A stretch of 64,000 nucleotides of DNA from Mobula hypostoma (GCF_963921235.1 NC_086097.1:210492001-210556000), one strand, 5' to 3'. Positions 11,194 through 24,218 are shown, counted from the first letter of the stretch. Made by a program: numbers and translations. The notes: a model not told the origin generated them from the letters alone.

Positions 11194-14100
11194 TGTATGG
11201 GTGCATGGCTGTGCAGTAAATGCAATGCTCACGATCACATAGCCTTTTGTTACCATGCTGCTAGAATTTTCTTTTATGTAATGTTAATATAATTCTGAAA
11301 TTACCCTAATATAATTTTGAAATTTATATTAATGTAATTGTGAAATACCCTGTAATTAATTCTGTTAATGAATATAAACCATAAATTTTCTAAATTGCAA
11401 CAATAAACACAGAATGGAAGGCAATAGCTGATTGTTTATAAACCACTGGCCTGCTGAACACCGACACTGTCTAGTCAAAACATTTTACTTTTGTCATTGT
11501 GCCTGTCAGTTGCTTTGACTGTCTGACATCGTTCACTTGTGTTGTGAGTTACTGTTTGTGTTTGTCTAATGTAAAAAACTCTACATTCTGACTTCTTTGT
11601 TAAGTAATCTTTCAAAAAACTCATCTAACAAGAACCATTTAGTTAAAAAATTATTAGAAGATAAACATTAATTTCTATAACTTGCTTGCATGACTGGTTA
11701 TTTTATTGAAATTATATATCTTTCAAATTTCTTTGTAAAATTTTTCAACTAATAATAAGTTATTAGTATTCTCAAATAATATTTTTAGTATCATAAGAAT
11801 GTTGAAAAGAAAAACAAAAGCATTTGAATTTGTTGAGTGCATCTGCTTTGAGCTTCAGAAACAAATAATGGAAGAATTACAACTTGTAGAAACTGAACTA
11901 CCGTCCTCACATCAAAAACACAAGAATAAAAATTGAGAATATTTTTACATATCAAGACACTGGCAATGTTGTCTGCATAATTTGTGCAGAAATTAAAGTT
12001 GGGGGTGAGTTCAATAGTGGAAAAAAATGTGAAGAATGGCAGGTTAATTAAAAGACATCTTAACTGCATCATATAGATGCAGTTACCCAGAGAAATGTGG
12101 AAGTTTCTGTATGTTGAATGAAACTCCAAAAGAGCATAAAGCAAGAGTGAAACAAAACTAACTTTAATATGGCCAAAGTGCTAATTGATAACATTATCTT
12201 ATTAATTAGAACTAATGCTTCTATGCATTCCATGCAAGAAATTCATGCTCATGTGGCCGAATATGTAAATATACCAGAGAGTTAGCACAACAAGACCTAT
12301 GCATTTGAATTTCTTGACTGCATCAGCTTTTGAGCTTCAGAAACAGATAATGGAAGAATTGCAGAAATCTGCCTTTGGAAAGCAGATTTGGAAAAGAGAA
12401 TGTTGTATGACTGACATAAAATACTCAGCTACTATTACAAACTACGACAAAAGCATTGCCTCAAAAATATAGCAGCAATACTGTCACTTCTGTGAAAGTT
12501 AAGACTGGTTCAATTAAGATGTTCACTGATATGTTGCTGATGAAAGTACATTCATTTCTGTACAGAAAATGTTAATTTTATATTTTAAGATTCGACCAGA
12601 AAATGAAACCTCCGACAAAACTGTGTTTGTGGTTATTTTGAAACTGACTAAATGTGCTTGTATCACTATTGTTGAAGCAATAAAAAATGTATATTTTCAA
12701 CAATCTTAATATTCAAAAGTTGGTGATGTTTATTACATCAGAAGCGGCAAATATTATGTTTAAAAAGAAAAATGATGAGGCAGCAATTCTTCAAAGAGAA
12801 GTAAAGTATCTGTCTGAACCACATTGCGTTTCACACAAAGACCTGGGATTAGACGACGACACATGGGAAAAAAGTATCAATTATGTAGGATATAGAAATA
12901 CTGCTATGAACAATGTATACCAGGCATCGGCAACCTCTTTGCCTCTGTGGGCCGGATCGCGTATTAATGAGCAGATGGTGGGCCAGATAAATGCCATAAA
13001 AAACTTGAAATATGGAATTATCAATTTAAATACATCTCGTTATGTTTTGCATCAAATAATGAATAATGCATGCTAGAAAATCATTTGTGCTTAAGGTTGC
13101 CTACCCCTGGTGTATACAATGTTCAGCAGGTTGTCAGTTAAAAAAGGAAAGCTAGAAGAATTAGCTAATGTTACAGAATGTGACGTTGTGAAATTCAGCT
13201 CAGTAAGCAAAGTAAGATGGCTGTCAAGACATTTTACCTTTACTGCTTTAATGAGGAGTTATGCAGTTTTCATCCTGTTTTACAAAGAGCAAGTTAATAA
13301 ATGTAACGATCCAAACAGCCACTAATGCCTGAAGGTTTTGACTAATCCACTATATCAAGTAGCATTAACCATTTTTAATTATGTTTTAGAAGATCTAGTA
13401 ACTCTTTGCGAATTCCTTCATGGATACTGTTGGAATGCAACTGAAGCACAGCAATATGCAAAAGCAAAAATGATCAAGGTATGGTCACAGTATCTTGGCG
13501 GTACTGTTTATGGAGTGATAGTGAAAGATCTGCTTGCATCTATCATCTTAGACATCAATACTGCACTTCTTGTATGATTCAATCAATGTGTGTGTAACCA
13601 CTCGGATAATAGGTTTCCTGACGATGAGTTAAGAGAATAGCAAGCTTTTGATCCTGTTGCTATTGCAAACACATCCAATTTTGAATTTGGAAAAGAGAAT
13701 GTTGTACGACCGACAAAAAAATACTCAGCTACTATTACAAACTACGACAAAAGCATTGCCTTAAAAATATTGCAGCAATACTGTCATTTCTGTGAAAGTT
13801 AAAACTAGTTCAATTAAGACGTTCACTGATATGTTGAACTAGGTGCTTAGAAACAAAGAATTTGAAGAGCTGTCAATTTCTGTTGACAGTGTTGGAACAT
13901 TTCAGTCTCTTAGTGCTGATGGTGAACATAAATTCACTCTTATGAACTCAATCAAATGGTAATCCAGAAGCACACTAGAAGTGCAACATTTGGATAATTT
14001 AATGAGGATCAAGACGTGTCCCTCATCTGAATGTGAAAATAATCTGGACAGTGTTTATAGACAATGGATTTGTAATAATGACAGATGAGAAAAAGTTTAT

Positions 14101-14332
14101 GAAACATGAAAGATTTTCTTTGTTGTATTTCATTATACTCTTCAATTAAAAAGCAAAATCAAAACTATGTGATTTTTTTTTCAATTTTCATTCTAAGTAT
14201 TCATAGCATGCATATCATAAAAAAAGACATTTAAAGGTGCTGCACAGTTATCTGGCCATGTAAACATTTCCAGCTCAGATCAATGATATGGTTGGTCTGT
14301 GCAGCCATAAAAAAAAATTAGAGGGGATGTTG
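11194..14332 (+). mobile_element. Decayed hAT-superfamily DNA transposon (Tip100/ZNF862-like transposase pseudogene)
   Basis: Motif remnants in the expected order: ADEST (~12537), TSEAANIM (SDGA-like), HCVSH (CxxH), VRWLSR, and dimerisation-like 'SADGEHKFTLMN...LDNLMRI' (~13900-14015). Right terminus TTAGAGGGGATGTTG. Left TIR not found. Confidence 0.8.
12921..13109. mobile_element. hAT (Charlie-type) MITE nested in the hAT transposase
   Basis: Ends CAGGCATCGGCAACC / GGTTGCCTACCCCTG. 8-bp TSD ATGTATAC / GTGTATAC with central TA. Removing it restores the ...YTMFSR frame. Confidence 0.85.
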
Positions 14333-14757
14333 TGAGTCACCACGAAACTGAACTGATACTGAACACAATCTATGGACTCACTTTCAAGGACACTACATCT
14401 CATGTTCTATTATTTATTTATCTATTTATTTATTTATATATTTGTACAGTTTGCATATTGTTTCCATGCAGTCTTCGTGTTAGTTTTAATTGATATTATT
14501 GTACTTCTTTAATTTACAGTGATTGCAAGAAAATGAATCTCAGTGTAGTATTTAGTGACATACATACTTTGATAATAAAATTACTTTGAGCTTTGGATAC
14601 CTGAGTCTATTTCAAATCGGTAAATGTGCATTCAAAATTTTGTTGCAGTTTGCTAAACAATTGCATAGAAATTTATCTGCAGAATGAATGAGATTGACTG
14701 TTAGATGTAAGACAACCCACTCATAGGATATATTTCTAGATAAATTATTCTAAGTAC

Positions 14758-15094
14758 CAATGTTTCCTCTAAGCTGTGCGCAAGCACACATCTTTTGCTA
14801 CTAGTGCACAAAGGAATTTAAACTGCACACAGAAGGTTGGCACTCTCTGCCTCATTGGCATGTTAAGTATATTTAACGATCGTACACAATCACATTTCTT
14901 TTTCTGTTTTCTGAGGTGGTTGGTGTTGACAATGTGGAGTTTGCAAAGACTTGTCTGCAGATTTTAGAACTGGCTTACTTATAGTGTTTTTACAGAATAA
15001 ATTATTCAGCAAACACATGTTGTCACTGGGCAAAAATATTGCACAGCACAAGATTATTGTGCACACTGGTTATTACAAGGTCAAGAGAACATTG
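14758..15094. mobile_element. Non-autonomous hAT MITE, copy 1
   Basis: Ends CAATGTTTCCTCT / AGAGAACATTG. Colinear with 60210-60548. Flanks CTAAGTAC / GTAAGCAT are a degenerate TSD. Confidence 0.75.
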
Positions 15095-15454
15095 GTAAGC
15101 ATTAATTTGACCCCAAAACCACTGTTGTTGGGATTAAAGCTTCTCATAAAGGGCTGGACTTTCAACGTAATTGCTCATTGCTATCACCCAGTGGTAAAAT
15201 CATGCAACTGCTAAATTAGAAATATTACACTTAAGGGACTCTGCAGATCATAAACATGAGAAAATCCACAGTTGCTGGAAATCCAAAGCAACACACACAA
15301 GTGCTGGAGCAACTCTGCAGGTCAGGCAGCATCTATGGAAATGAATAAACAGTTAAATTTTCAGGCTGAGACCATTTTTCAGGATTGGAAAAGAAGGAGG
15401 AAGATGCCAGAATTAGAAGGTGGGTGCAGGGGAAGAAGGATAGCTAGAAGGTGA

Positions 15455-15651
15455 TGTGGTGATATCATGTGTCACGTGTAAGAACGTGATTGGACAGAGT
15501 TCAGAGCATGCGCAGAAATGACAGAATGATCTAGAAACTGTATGGTGAAAATGTGGTTGCTGTTTGCTGTTGTAAATGAAAGTTCTAGTTTTAATTCTTC
15601 CAGAATATGGTTTGTACTTAGCAACCCACAGTACGTATAAAGAACACAACA
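15455..15651 (+). repeat. 5' LTR of Gypsy element
   Basis: TG...ACAACA. Direct repeat of 20200-20390. Confidence 0.92.
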
Positions 15652-15664
15652 TGGTGTCAGAAGT
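15652..15664 (+). promoter_or_regulatory. Primer-binding site, complementary to a tRNA-Leu 3' end
   Basis: TGGTGTCAGAAGT immediately after the 5' LTR, matching ...ACUUCUGACACCA. Confidence 0.8.
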
Positions 15665-15763
15665 CAGTCTGGGAGAATAATACATTTCACTAACACAGGA
15701 GAAGCGAAAATAATTGAAAAAAAAGAGCGCAAACTTTTTCATTGTTTACTAACAGCTTTAAAA

Positions 15764-18700
15764 ATGGAAGTTTTGCAACCCCCATCGATGCTTCAGCTGA
15801 CTGGAAATGTAGCTGAAAACTGGGAAGGATTTAAACAGCGTTTTGAAATTTATTTATCGGTGACCAGAGCAGATAATAAAATGGAAAAAACAAAAGCTGC
15901 AATTCTACTCCACGTAATAGGGGATGATACAATTGAGGTATATAACCATTTTACTTTTGAAAATGGAGATCATTTGAATCTAAAAGCGATAATCGACAAA
16001 TTTGACACATTTTGTATAGGGAAGTGTAATGTGATGTATGAGCACTATAAATTTTTCAAATGTCAGCAGAGACCTTGTCAAACGATTGATCAATTTGTTA
16101 TGGAGTTGAGAAACCATGGTAAAAGATGCGTGTTTGCAGATCTTACAGACTGTGTCATTAAAGACAGAATTGTTTGTGACATTCTGGATAATGGTCTGCG
16201 AGAAAGACTGTTAGAGCAAGATTTGAATTTGAATAAAGCTGTGGCACTCTGCAAAGCTTCTGAGACCGTGATGTCACAGGCTAAAGAGCTTTTTATTGAG
16301 AAAGCTGTGTAGACGCTGTAAAGCACGAACATATTAGAAAAAGTAATGCAGCGACAATGAAGCTGACAGTAAGACATCATCTGAGAGAAAAAAAACTTTG
16401 TGATCGCTGTGGGCGGCAACATCACCTTAAAAAAGTGTCCAGCGTATCAGAAAATGTGCAACACCTGCGGTAAGAGTAAACATTTTTCACACTGTTGCAG
16501 AAGTAGAAAGGAAATAAAACATGTAAATGCAGTGCGTGAAAATGAACGCAAGGAGTTTTATATAGATGTGCTTTGTGAAAACAAACGAAGTATGAATGAC
16601 TGGATTATTCCATTGCAAGTGAACCAAAACAATATTCTGTTTAAACTTGATACTGGAGCACAAGTAAATGTTATTGCAGAATCTGACTTTACTGCATTAC
16701 AGCCTAGACCAAAGTTACATCAGGCAAATATAAAAGTGACTGGGTATTCAGGTGCAGACATTCCAGTTAAAGGAACATGTGTGGCAAAAGTATCACACAA
16801 AAATATGATGCATACGCTTTCATTTGTGGTGGTGCCAAAGAATGTACAGTCAAGACTGAGTTTATCTGCCTGTGAGAGACTGAATTTGGTGAAAAGAGTA
16901 TTAGTCCTGGACAGTGACACAGAGTCAGAATACAGTGACTTGATGAAAGAGTATGAAGTCTTGTTCAAAGGGCTTGGTTGTCTTCCAGGAGAACACACGA
17001 TTAAAATTGATAACACAGTGCCACCTGTAGTACACCCATGTAGAAGAATACCTTTTGCATTACGTGATCAACTGAAAACAAAGCTTGACAGAATGGAATG
17101 GTTAGGAGTCATACAAAAAATTGAACCGACTGAATGGGTCAATTCGCTAGTTATTGTTGATAAGAAAAATGGAAAAGAGAGGATTTGCTTAGATCCAAGA
17201 GCCTTGAATTGAGTCATTAAAAGAGAGAATTTCAAATTGCCTACTCGTGAAGAAATTATGTCACAGTTTTTTAATGCATAGTAAGTTAGATGCATCCTCT
17301 GGATTAGAAACATAGAAAATAGGTGCAGGAGTAGGCCATTCGGCCCTTCGAGCCTGCACCGCCATTTATTATGATCATGGCTGATCATCCAACTCAGAAC
17401 CCAGCCTTCCCTTCATACCCCCTGACCCCTGTAGCCACAAGGGCCATATCTAACTTCCTTTTAAACATAGCTAATGAACTGGCCTCAACAGTTTGCTGTG
17501 GCAGAGAATTCCACAGATTCACCACTCTCTGTGTGAAGAAGTTTTTCCTAACCTCGGTCCTAAAAGGCTTCCCCTCTATCCTCAAACTGTGACCCCTCGT
17601 TCTAGACCTCCCCAACATCGGGAACAATCTTCCCGCATCTAGCCTGTCCAATCCCTTTAGGATCTTATACGTTTCAATCAGATCCCCCCTCAATCTTCTA
17701 AATTCCAACGAGTACAAGCCCAGTTCATCCAGTCTTTCTTCATATGAAAGACCTGCCATCCCAGGAATCAATCTGGTGAACCTTCTTTGTACTCCCTCTA
17801 TGGCAAAGATGTCTTTCCTCAGATTAGGGGACCAAAACTGCACACAATACTCCAGGTGTGGTCTCACCAAGGCCTTGTACAACTGCAGTAGTACCTCCCT
17901 GCTCCTGTACTCGAATCCTCTTAACACTCCTTTTGCTAGATACTGTTTTCTTAGGCTTCTGTTTGGAATTGCATCAGCTCCTGAAGTGTACCATAAAACC
18001 ATTCACATGCTATGTGAGCACACTGAGGGCATGGATACATCCATGGACAATATTATTGTTTGGGATTCATCTAAACAAGAACATGATGCCAGACTTAGGT
18101 CTTAGAGGCAACACGCAAGGCAAACCTGAAGTTGAATAAAGACAAATATCAGCTAGGAGTGACTGAACTTACCTTTGTGAGTGATATCATCAGCAAAGAG
18201 GGTGTGCGTCCTGATCCATTGAAGGTTTCTGCTATTGAGAACATGCCAAGTCCGCAATGTAAAAAGGATGTTCAAAGGTTTATGGGAATGGTCAACTACA
18301 TGGGAAAATTCATACCCAATCTTTCGGAACAGCTTGCTCCACTGAGGCAGCTAACAGAAAAGAAAAACGAATGGAGATGAAATCATGAACAGGAGAAGAT
18401 ATGGCATAACCTCAAGGAAGTGCTCACTAAAGAACCTGTGTTGAAATTCTATGATGCTGAGAGACCCATCAAAATCTCATGTGATGCATCTCAGGCAGGT
18501 TTAGGGGCAGTATTACTCCAGAAACATGAGCAGGAATGGCTACCAGTGGCATCTGCAACTTGTTCATTATCTGATCCAGAAACAAGGTATGCCCAAATTG
18601 AAAAAGCGTTGCTCAGCATTATGTGTGCTTGTGAGAGATTTCATCAGTTTGTGTCAGGGCAATCTATTGATGTTGAAACCGATCATAAGCCATTGATTGC

Positions 18701-20127
18701 ATTATTTTGCAAACCTTTAAGCGACTGTCCTTTGCGATTTCAGTGAATGATGATCAAATTGTAAAGATATGCGTTGAATGTGTCATACACACCTGGAAAA
18801 TTCATGTACACGGCTGACACACTTTCCAGAGCTGTGGATCCAACAACAAAAGACAGTCACAGGAATGTTATTGATGTTCAGATATTCATTGATATGGTCA
18901 TAGAAACTGTACCTGTTGCTCCCCAAAAGTTGGAACTGCTGCGTCTTGAGACAGAGAAGGACAAAATTCTCAGTCAGGTAATACAAGTGGTGCCGGATAA
19001 TAGACATGACTGTACCTCAGTAGTACAAGATTATTGGAACCACAGATTAGAACTGTCTGTTGTGGATGGGATATTGTACAAAGGTAGTAGAATTGTGATA
19101 CCTAAAAGTCTCCAAAAAGAAATGCTTGGGAAAATTCACAGAGGCCACCTGGTATTGAAAAGTGTAAGAGAATGGTGCGGGAAGTGATGTTTTGGCTCAA
19201 GATGAATCAAGAAATTGCAGAGTTGGTGTCTTCCTGTCAAATATGCTTTAAATACCAACCTAGCAACCCTAAGGAGCCACTGCATCCACTTCCTAGTCCT
19301 CAGAAGGTAGGTGTTGATCTTTTTGTAACTGACAACAAAGATCATCTACTAATAACAAATTACTACTCAGTGTATCCTGAAGTGTGTGGTTTGAGCAGAA
19401 CAACAACAGAGAACATAATTACGTGCATGCAATCAGTTTTTTCCAGACATGGTGTACCCGATGAAGTTTTCACAGACAATGGTCCACATTCAATGGTGAA
19501 TGTATGAGACATTTTGCTCATGAATGGGACTTTGTTCATACAACATCTAGTCCATTTTTCCCTCAGTCCAATGGATTGGTTGAGAAGTTGGTAGGAATTA
19601 TCAAGAAACTGATGCACAAGGCAAAAGATAGTAGAGATGATTTTTTATAAAACTTTGTTAGCCTACCATAGTACTCCACTTGAATGTGGATTTTCACCTG
19701 CCCAGCTCTTGACGGATGTTGTTTGAGATCCAATCTGCCAATAGATGAGAGCCTTCTGAGAACAGAGGGAGGTGAACAAGTGAAAAGGTGGAAAGATGAA
19801 CACAAAGCAAAGCAGAAAACATATTTTGACAGATGTTCTTGTCCATTACCTGAACTGCACCAAGGAGATGAAGTGAGGATACAAGACAAGATGAACACTT
19901 GGACACAGAAAGCTACAGTACTTGAAGAAGTACAACCCAGATCATTCATGGTCCAAACAGAAGAAGGAGCAGTGTTAAGAAGAAATCGCAAAGACCTCAA
20001 GAAAGAACTAACTTCAGAGTTTCAGTTAACTGATGCAGACCAGTCAACACATGAAAATAACAATGAAACACAAGAACTGTGTGAACCACTTAGAAGGCCT
20101 ACTCGTGTTCGTAAATCCCCAGACTGA
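15764..20127 (+). pseudogene. Gypsy gag-pol, disrupted by stops, frameshifts and a CR1 insertion
   Basis: ORFs at 15764, 16400, 18132, 18420, 18774, 19172 and 19684. RT catalytic motif degraded to SMDN (~18040). Confidence 0.9.
17306..17921 (-). mobile_element. Young 5'-truncated CR1 LINE inserted in the Gypsy RT domain
   Basis: Nearly identical to 8670-9283. ORF 17394-18002 contains RPHLEYCVQFWSP. Confidence 0.92.
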
Positions 20128-20186
20128 TAGAGACATGTTAAATTATGCATTTGTTTTGATTAATGTTGCTAATTGTTTTTCTTTTT

Positions 20187-20199
20187 AAGGCAAGGAAAA
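20187..20199 (+). promoter_or_regulatory. Polypurine tract
   Basis: AAGGCAAGGAAAA directly before the 3' LTR. Confidence 0.75.
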
Positions 20200-20390
20200 T
20201 GCGATATGTGTCACGTGTAAGAATGTGATTGGACAGAGTTGGGAACATGCGCAGAAATGATAGAATGATCTAGAAACTGTATGGTGAAAACATGGTTGCT
20301 GTTTGCTGTTGTCAATAAAAGCTCTAGTTTTAATTCTTCCAGCATGTGGTTTGTTCTTAGTAACCCACGGTACGTATAAAGAACACAACA
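20200..20390 (+). repeat. 3' LTR of Gypsy element
   Basis: TG...ACAACA with AATAAA at ~20314. About 15 substitutions versus the 5' LTR, counted by eye. Confidence 0.92.
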
Positions 20391-21978
20391 GGTGACAGTG
20401 AAGCCAGGTGGGCAGGAAAGGTAAAGGGCTGGAGGGACGAAATCGGATAAGAGAGGAGAGTGGACTGTGGGAGAAAGGAAAAGAATGGACCCAGGAGGAG
20501 GTGATAGGCAATTGAGAAGTGGTAAGAGGACAGAGTGGAAAATTGAAGAAGAGGGGAAGGGGAGAGAATATTTTTACCAGAAGATATCAATGTTTTTACC
20601 ATCAATTTGAAGGCTACCCAAATGGAATATAATGTGTTGCTCCTCCGCCCTGAGAGTGACCTCATCATGGCACAAGGAGGTCATGGACTGACATGTCGGA
20701 GTTGGAATGGGAATTAAAATGTTTGGCCACTGAGAAGTTCCGCTTTTGGTGGATGGAGCAGAGCTGCTTGATGAAGCAGTCCCCCAGTTTATGATTGGTC
20801 ACCAACGTAGAGGAGACTGCACCAGGAGCACTGGATACCATAGCTGAACCCAGTAGATTCGCAGTTGAAGCATTGCCTCACCTGGAAGGACTTACTGGGG
20901 CCCTGAATGGAGGAGAGGGAGGAGATGAATGAGTAGGTGCAGCCATTTGACTGCTTGCAGGGTAAGTGCCGGGAGGGAGACTAGTGGAGAGGGACAAATG
21001 GACAAAGGAATCACGGAGGGAGCGATTGCTGCAGAAAGCAGAGAGGGTGCAGGAAAAGATATGTTTAGTGATAGGATCCCTTTGGAGATGGCAGAAGTTG
21101 TAGAGAATAATGAAGATGGAGATGAATGATTCTACAGATGCTGAGGAAGAGATTTGAAAAAGCTATATAATAAAATAAATGGAAAGGAAGACATAAACTC
21201 ATTACAAGAAATGTGTGCAGATGTCAATATATGTTAATAGGATGTTGATCAATTACATTAAATCTATATCATAATAAATTATTTTGCTTCAAAATGCAGC
21301 AAAAATCAACAAATTGCATTTCTGGAGGAATGGAGGTTTAGTCTACTTTATACCACCTTCCACAATAGTAAACTGGTGGTATAATTGGTAGAGGGGCAAT
21401 TTAAATCTTGTCGAAGAATTTACCTTGATTTACTGTATTTTACTGTGAAAGAGTTTTGTTGCCAATTTACTTTAAGAGACTTTACCCCATTAGCAAACAG
21501 ACATAAAGATACAGACCTCGGTATAAAGTTAACCCTTCAATACATGGTCACAGAGAGCTGTTGTCTTACGACTCTGCCAATGTCAGGTTACATTTTAAAT
21601 TTATACAGTAAACTTTGGGCAATAGCCAACAGCGAAACATACTTGGTCAGCACTTTCAAGAAGCACTTGTAAGGTACTAGCCAGTCTATGAATGCTTCTG
21701 CACAGTACGCAAAATTAGAACTGCATGTCCACATTCAGTTTCCCTTTTAGCCAGACAGACTTGGACAAAGGTCAGCAATATCTCATTATTGGCATGACCT
21801 ATTGTTAGCTTGCACAAGCAAGACAGAGCCTATGTCTTATCCTGTCACCCTCATGACCCACATCTTAGGCAATAATTAGCTAGTCATGCTTGACAACAAA
21901 ATGTAATTTTCTTCCACAGATCTTCTCCGTCTCCATTGTAGTTCCTGCTCTGATGCAGCAGGTGACTTAACTGGATGT

Positions 21979-22795
21979 TGTTACGTACCCTGTAACTGGA
22001 TTGCCAAACCAGCAGAAATGGACCACTTAGTTGGAGTCTGGTTAATAGAAACTAATAAAGTTTTATTAAAGAAATAAGTAACACAGTACTCTAATTGTAC
22101 GGATATAAATGCGACAGGTTAGCAATGATAAAACACACATGCACATAGAACTAGGGTAATAGGAATCAATCAAGCTCTATCGCAGTCTAGGGGTAAAATG
22201 ATCAGTTTCAAGTGACGCAGAGTTCAGTTCAGCTTAGGACAGTTTGCAGTAATCGCTGTTGTGCCGTTGAGGAGAGAGAGAGATAATATGCAAATCTGAT
22301 TCAAACAGACCTTTGTTCTTCGCAGTTAGCTTTCGGACGAACCCTTTTATGTCTTCTGTGGTCACCGACTGTGACCCCTCCGTTCTGGATACGACCGTTC
22401 TTCCGCGGTGAACCCGGCACCCAGGCAATGGCGGACACACACACCAGGTTCCCGCCGATCGTACCTTTTCACCCTGTGCGTCGATGGTCGGTCCCGCGAC
22501 CAGAGCTCTAAGCTCCCACCGACTTGTGGGGGCACACCACTTTTCCAGGGTCTTGTTATCTCGTGATGTGTCTTTTGCCTTAGCGAACCTGTTCTTTTTA
22601 TCCCCCTGCTGGGGTATCGCCTATCCATCAAACTTCAAACAGCTCAGGTTCAAAGTAACCGGTCTGTCAATATTCTGAAGTGTTTCTTTCTCGTTAATCT
22701 CTCTCCTCTCTCATTAACATTTTGAACGCTTCTCCATTGTCTCCCTTATCTCTCTCATCAGTATCAATCTTCTGATAACTTGGTTTGTTGTCACA
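21979..22795 (-). mobile_element. Solo LTR (~817 bp)
   Basis: TGTTAC...GTCACA termini, 4-bp TSD ATGT (21975-21978 / 22796-22799), minus-strand AATAAA near 22062, CpG-rich relative to flanks. Confidence 0.8.
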
Positions 22796-23419
22796 ATGTA
22801 TGATAAAAAAAAGTAGAAATGAATCCCGAAGTTTCCCAAAATACTGATTAATCCTTTGAATATAAAATAATTTAATATCACCTGAAATTTGTGATCCGGG
22901 CTACAGATGTGTTTGTTCATAACCATTTGGAGCTGTATGCTGTTGCCTTTTTCTATTTGGCAGTGCTGTTGGAGCTGTTTTATTCTTACAGATTGGTATA
23001 AGTATATACAGTATTAAAAGTGGAAAAGAACATTTTCCACCTATGGAGGTACAAAACATTATTTGAGCAAAAATGCCCTTTTAAGAACCTTTTCCAGACA
23101 TGGAGTTCTTTTGATCAAAGGAAAGAGTATTTTCAGAAGTCAGTGAATTTACTCATATTGTACCTTTTACTTCAATTTACACTGTCCCTTAAAATCAATA
23201 GGATTACTTCTCTGGCACCAAGTCGAACCTAGCACTGAATCCAAGTGTAAATACTGGAGTACCTTGGCACGATTCATCTCTGTTGATGGGCACCACATTG
23301 CACATAAAAAAGACTTTGATTGCCTGGTTGTGGTTCTGTTCAGATCCACTGGCATTTGCCAGAAAAATCAGAGCCATAACTATTAATTCCAGTTTATATA
23401 AACATCCAAAGAATTACAG

Positions 23420-23646
23420 CAACAGACACAAAATGCTGGAGGAACTCAACAGGCCAGGCGGCATCCGTGGAAAAGAAGTGCTGTTGACATTTCAAGCCAA
23501 GACCCTTCAGCGGTCCTTCTGAAGGGTCTCGGCCCGAAACATTGACTGTACCCTTTTCCATAGATGCTACCTGGGCTGCTGCGTTCCTCCAGCATTTTGC
23601 GTGTGTTGCTTGGATTTACAGCATCTGTAGATTTTCTCTTGTTTGT
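23420..23646 (+). mobile_element. PLE fold-back insertion (inverted partial pseudo-LTR plus direct terminus)
   Basis: 13-bp TSD CAAAGAAT(T/C)ACAG (23407-23419 / 23647-23659). Two ~90-bp inverted arms meet at the hammerhead motif (~23510-23520). Confidence 0.8.
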
Positions 23647-24119
23647 CAAAGAATCACAGTTCTTGGAAAGATGAGGCTCTCTACTTGCAAGTTTCAGGAA
23701 CCTTTAAGAGTACTTGCCCTCGCAGCAAGGAGACAGCATGGGGAATTATGGCATGTATTGGGACCACTACAATATCTTTGCACTTCTCTCCACAAATGAG
23801 CATGCAGGTTCTCGTGGACAGCATTCAGCAGAATAATAGCAATAACAGATATCTGTGAAAGGCAATATGAGACTTCAGCACCTATGATGCATGGTCCATC
23901 CCAAACCGTGGACATTTTTGAACATATTTCCCAGCTGATTATAGCAGCTATTCTTTCCAGAAGGCAACAATCTTGACATAACAAGCAAAATGACAAAGAG
24001 CAAGGTTAACTGGAGTATCTTAACTATGTCGTAAAATGATAACATTACATTACACTAATAAAATGAATGCGTTTATTTTGGGGACACAGTAGCAGAGGAT
24101 TAGGGAAGCGAGTTCAAAA

Positions 24120-24218
24120 GGATAGCATGTTAGTGTGGAGGTTAGTGCAACAGTTCATAGCACCAGCTGTAAGATTGGAGTTCGATTACTGCTACCTACA
24201 AGGAGTTTGCAGGTTCTC
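24120..24218 (+). mobile_element. Degenerate tRNA-derived SINE head
   Basis: A-box-like TAGTGTGGAGGTTAG and B-box-like GGAGTTCGATTAC, followed by AAGGAGTTTGCAGGTTCTCC. Confidence 0.4.

Larger units (their letters stand above)
15455..20390 (+). mobile_element. Full-length decayed Ty3/Gypsy LTR retrotransposon (probably Mag-like)
   Basis: Two TG...CA LTRs, 5-bp TSD GGTGA (15450-15454 / 20391-20395), PBS and PPT. Domain order gag - two CCHC knuckles - protease (KLDTGAQ) - RT - RNase H (CDASQAGLGAVL) - integrase. Confidence 0.95.
15250..21120 (-). mobile_element. PLE copy (pseudo-LTR plus GIY-YIG remnant) split by the Gypsy provirus
   Basis: 15250-15454 and 20396-21120 join into the family sequence ...CTAGAAGGTGA|CAGTGAAGCCAGGTGGG. 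Degenerate GIY-YIG coding on the minus strand at ~20600-20900. Confidence 0.75.

Noticed and set aside
11186..14343. TCACCAC repeat as the TSD of the hAT fossil
   Set aside because: It does not abut the right TIR (4 nt gap) and no left TIR is visible.
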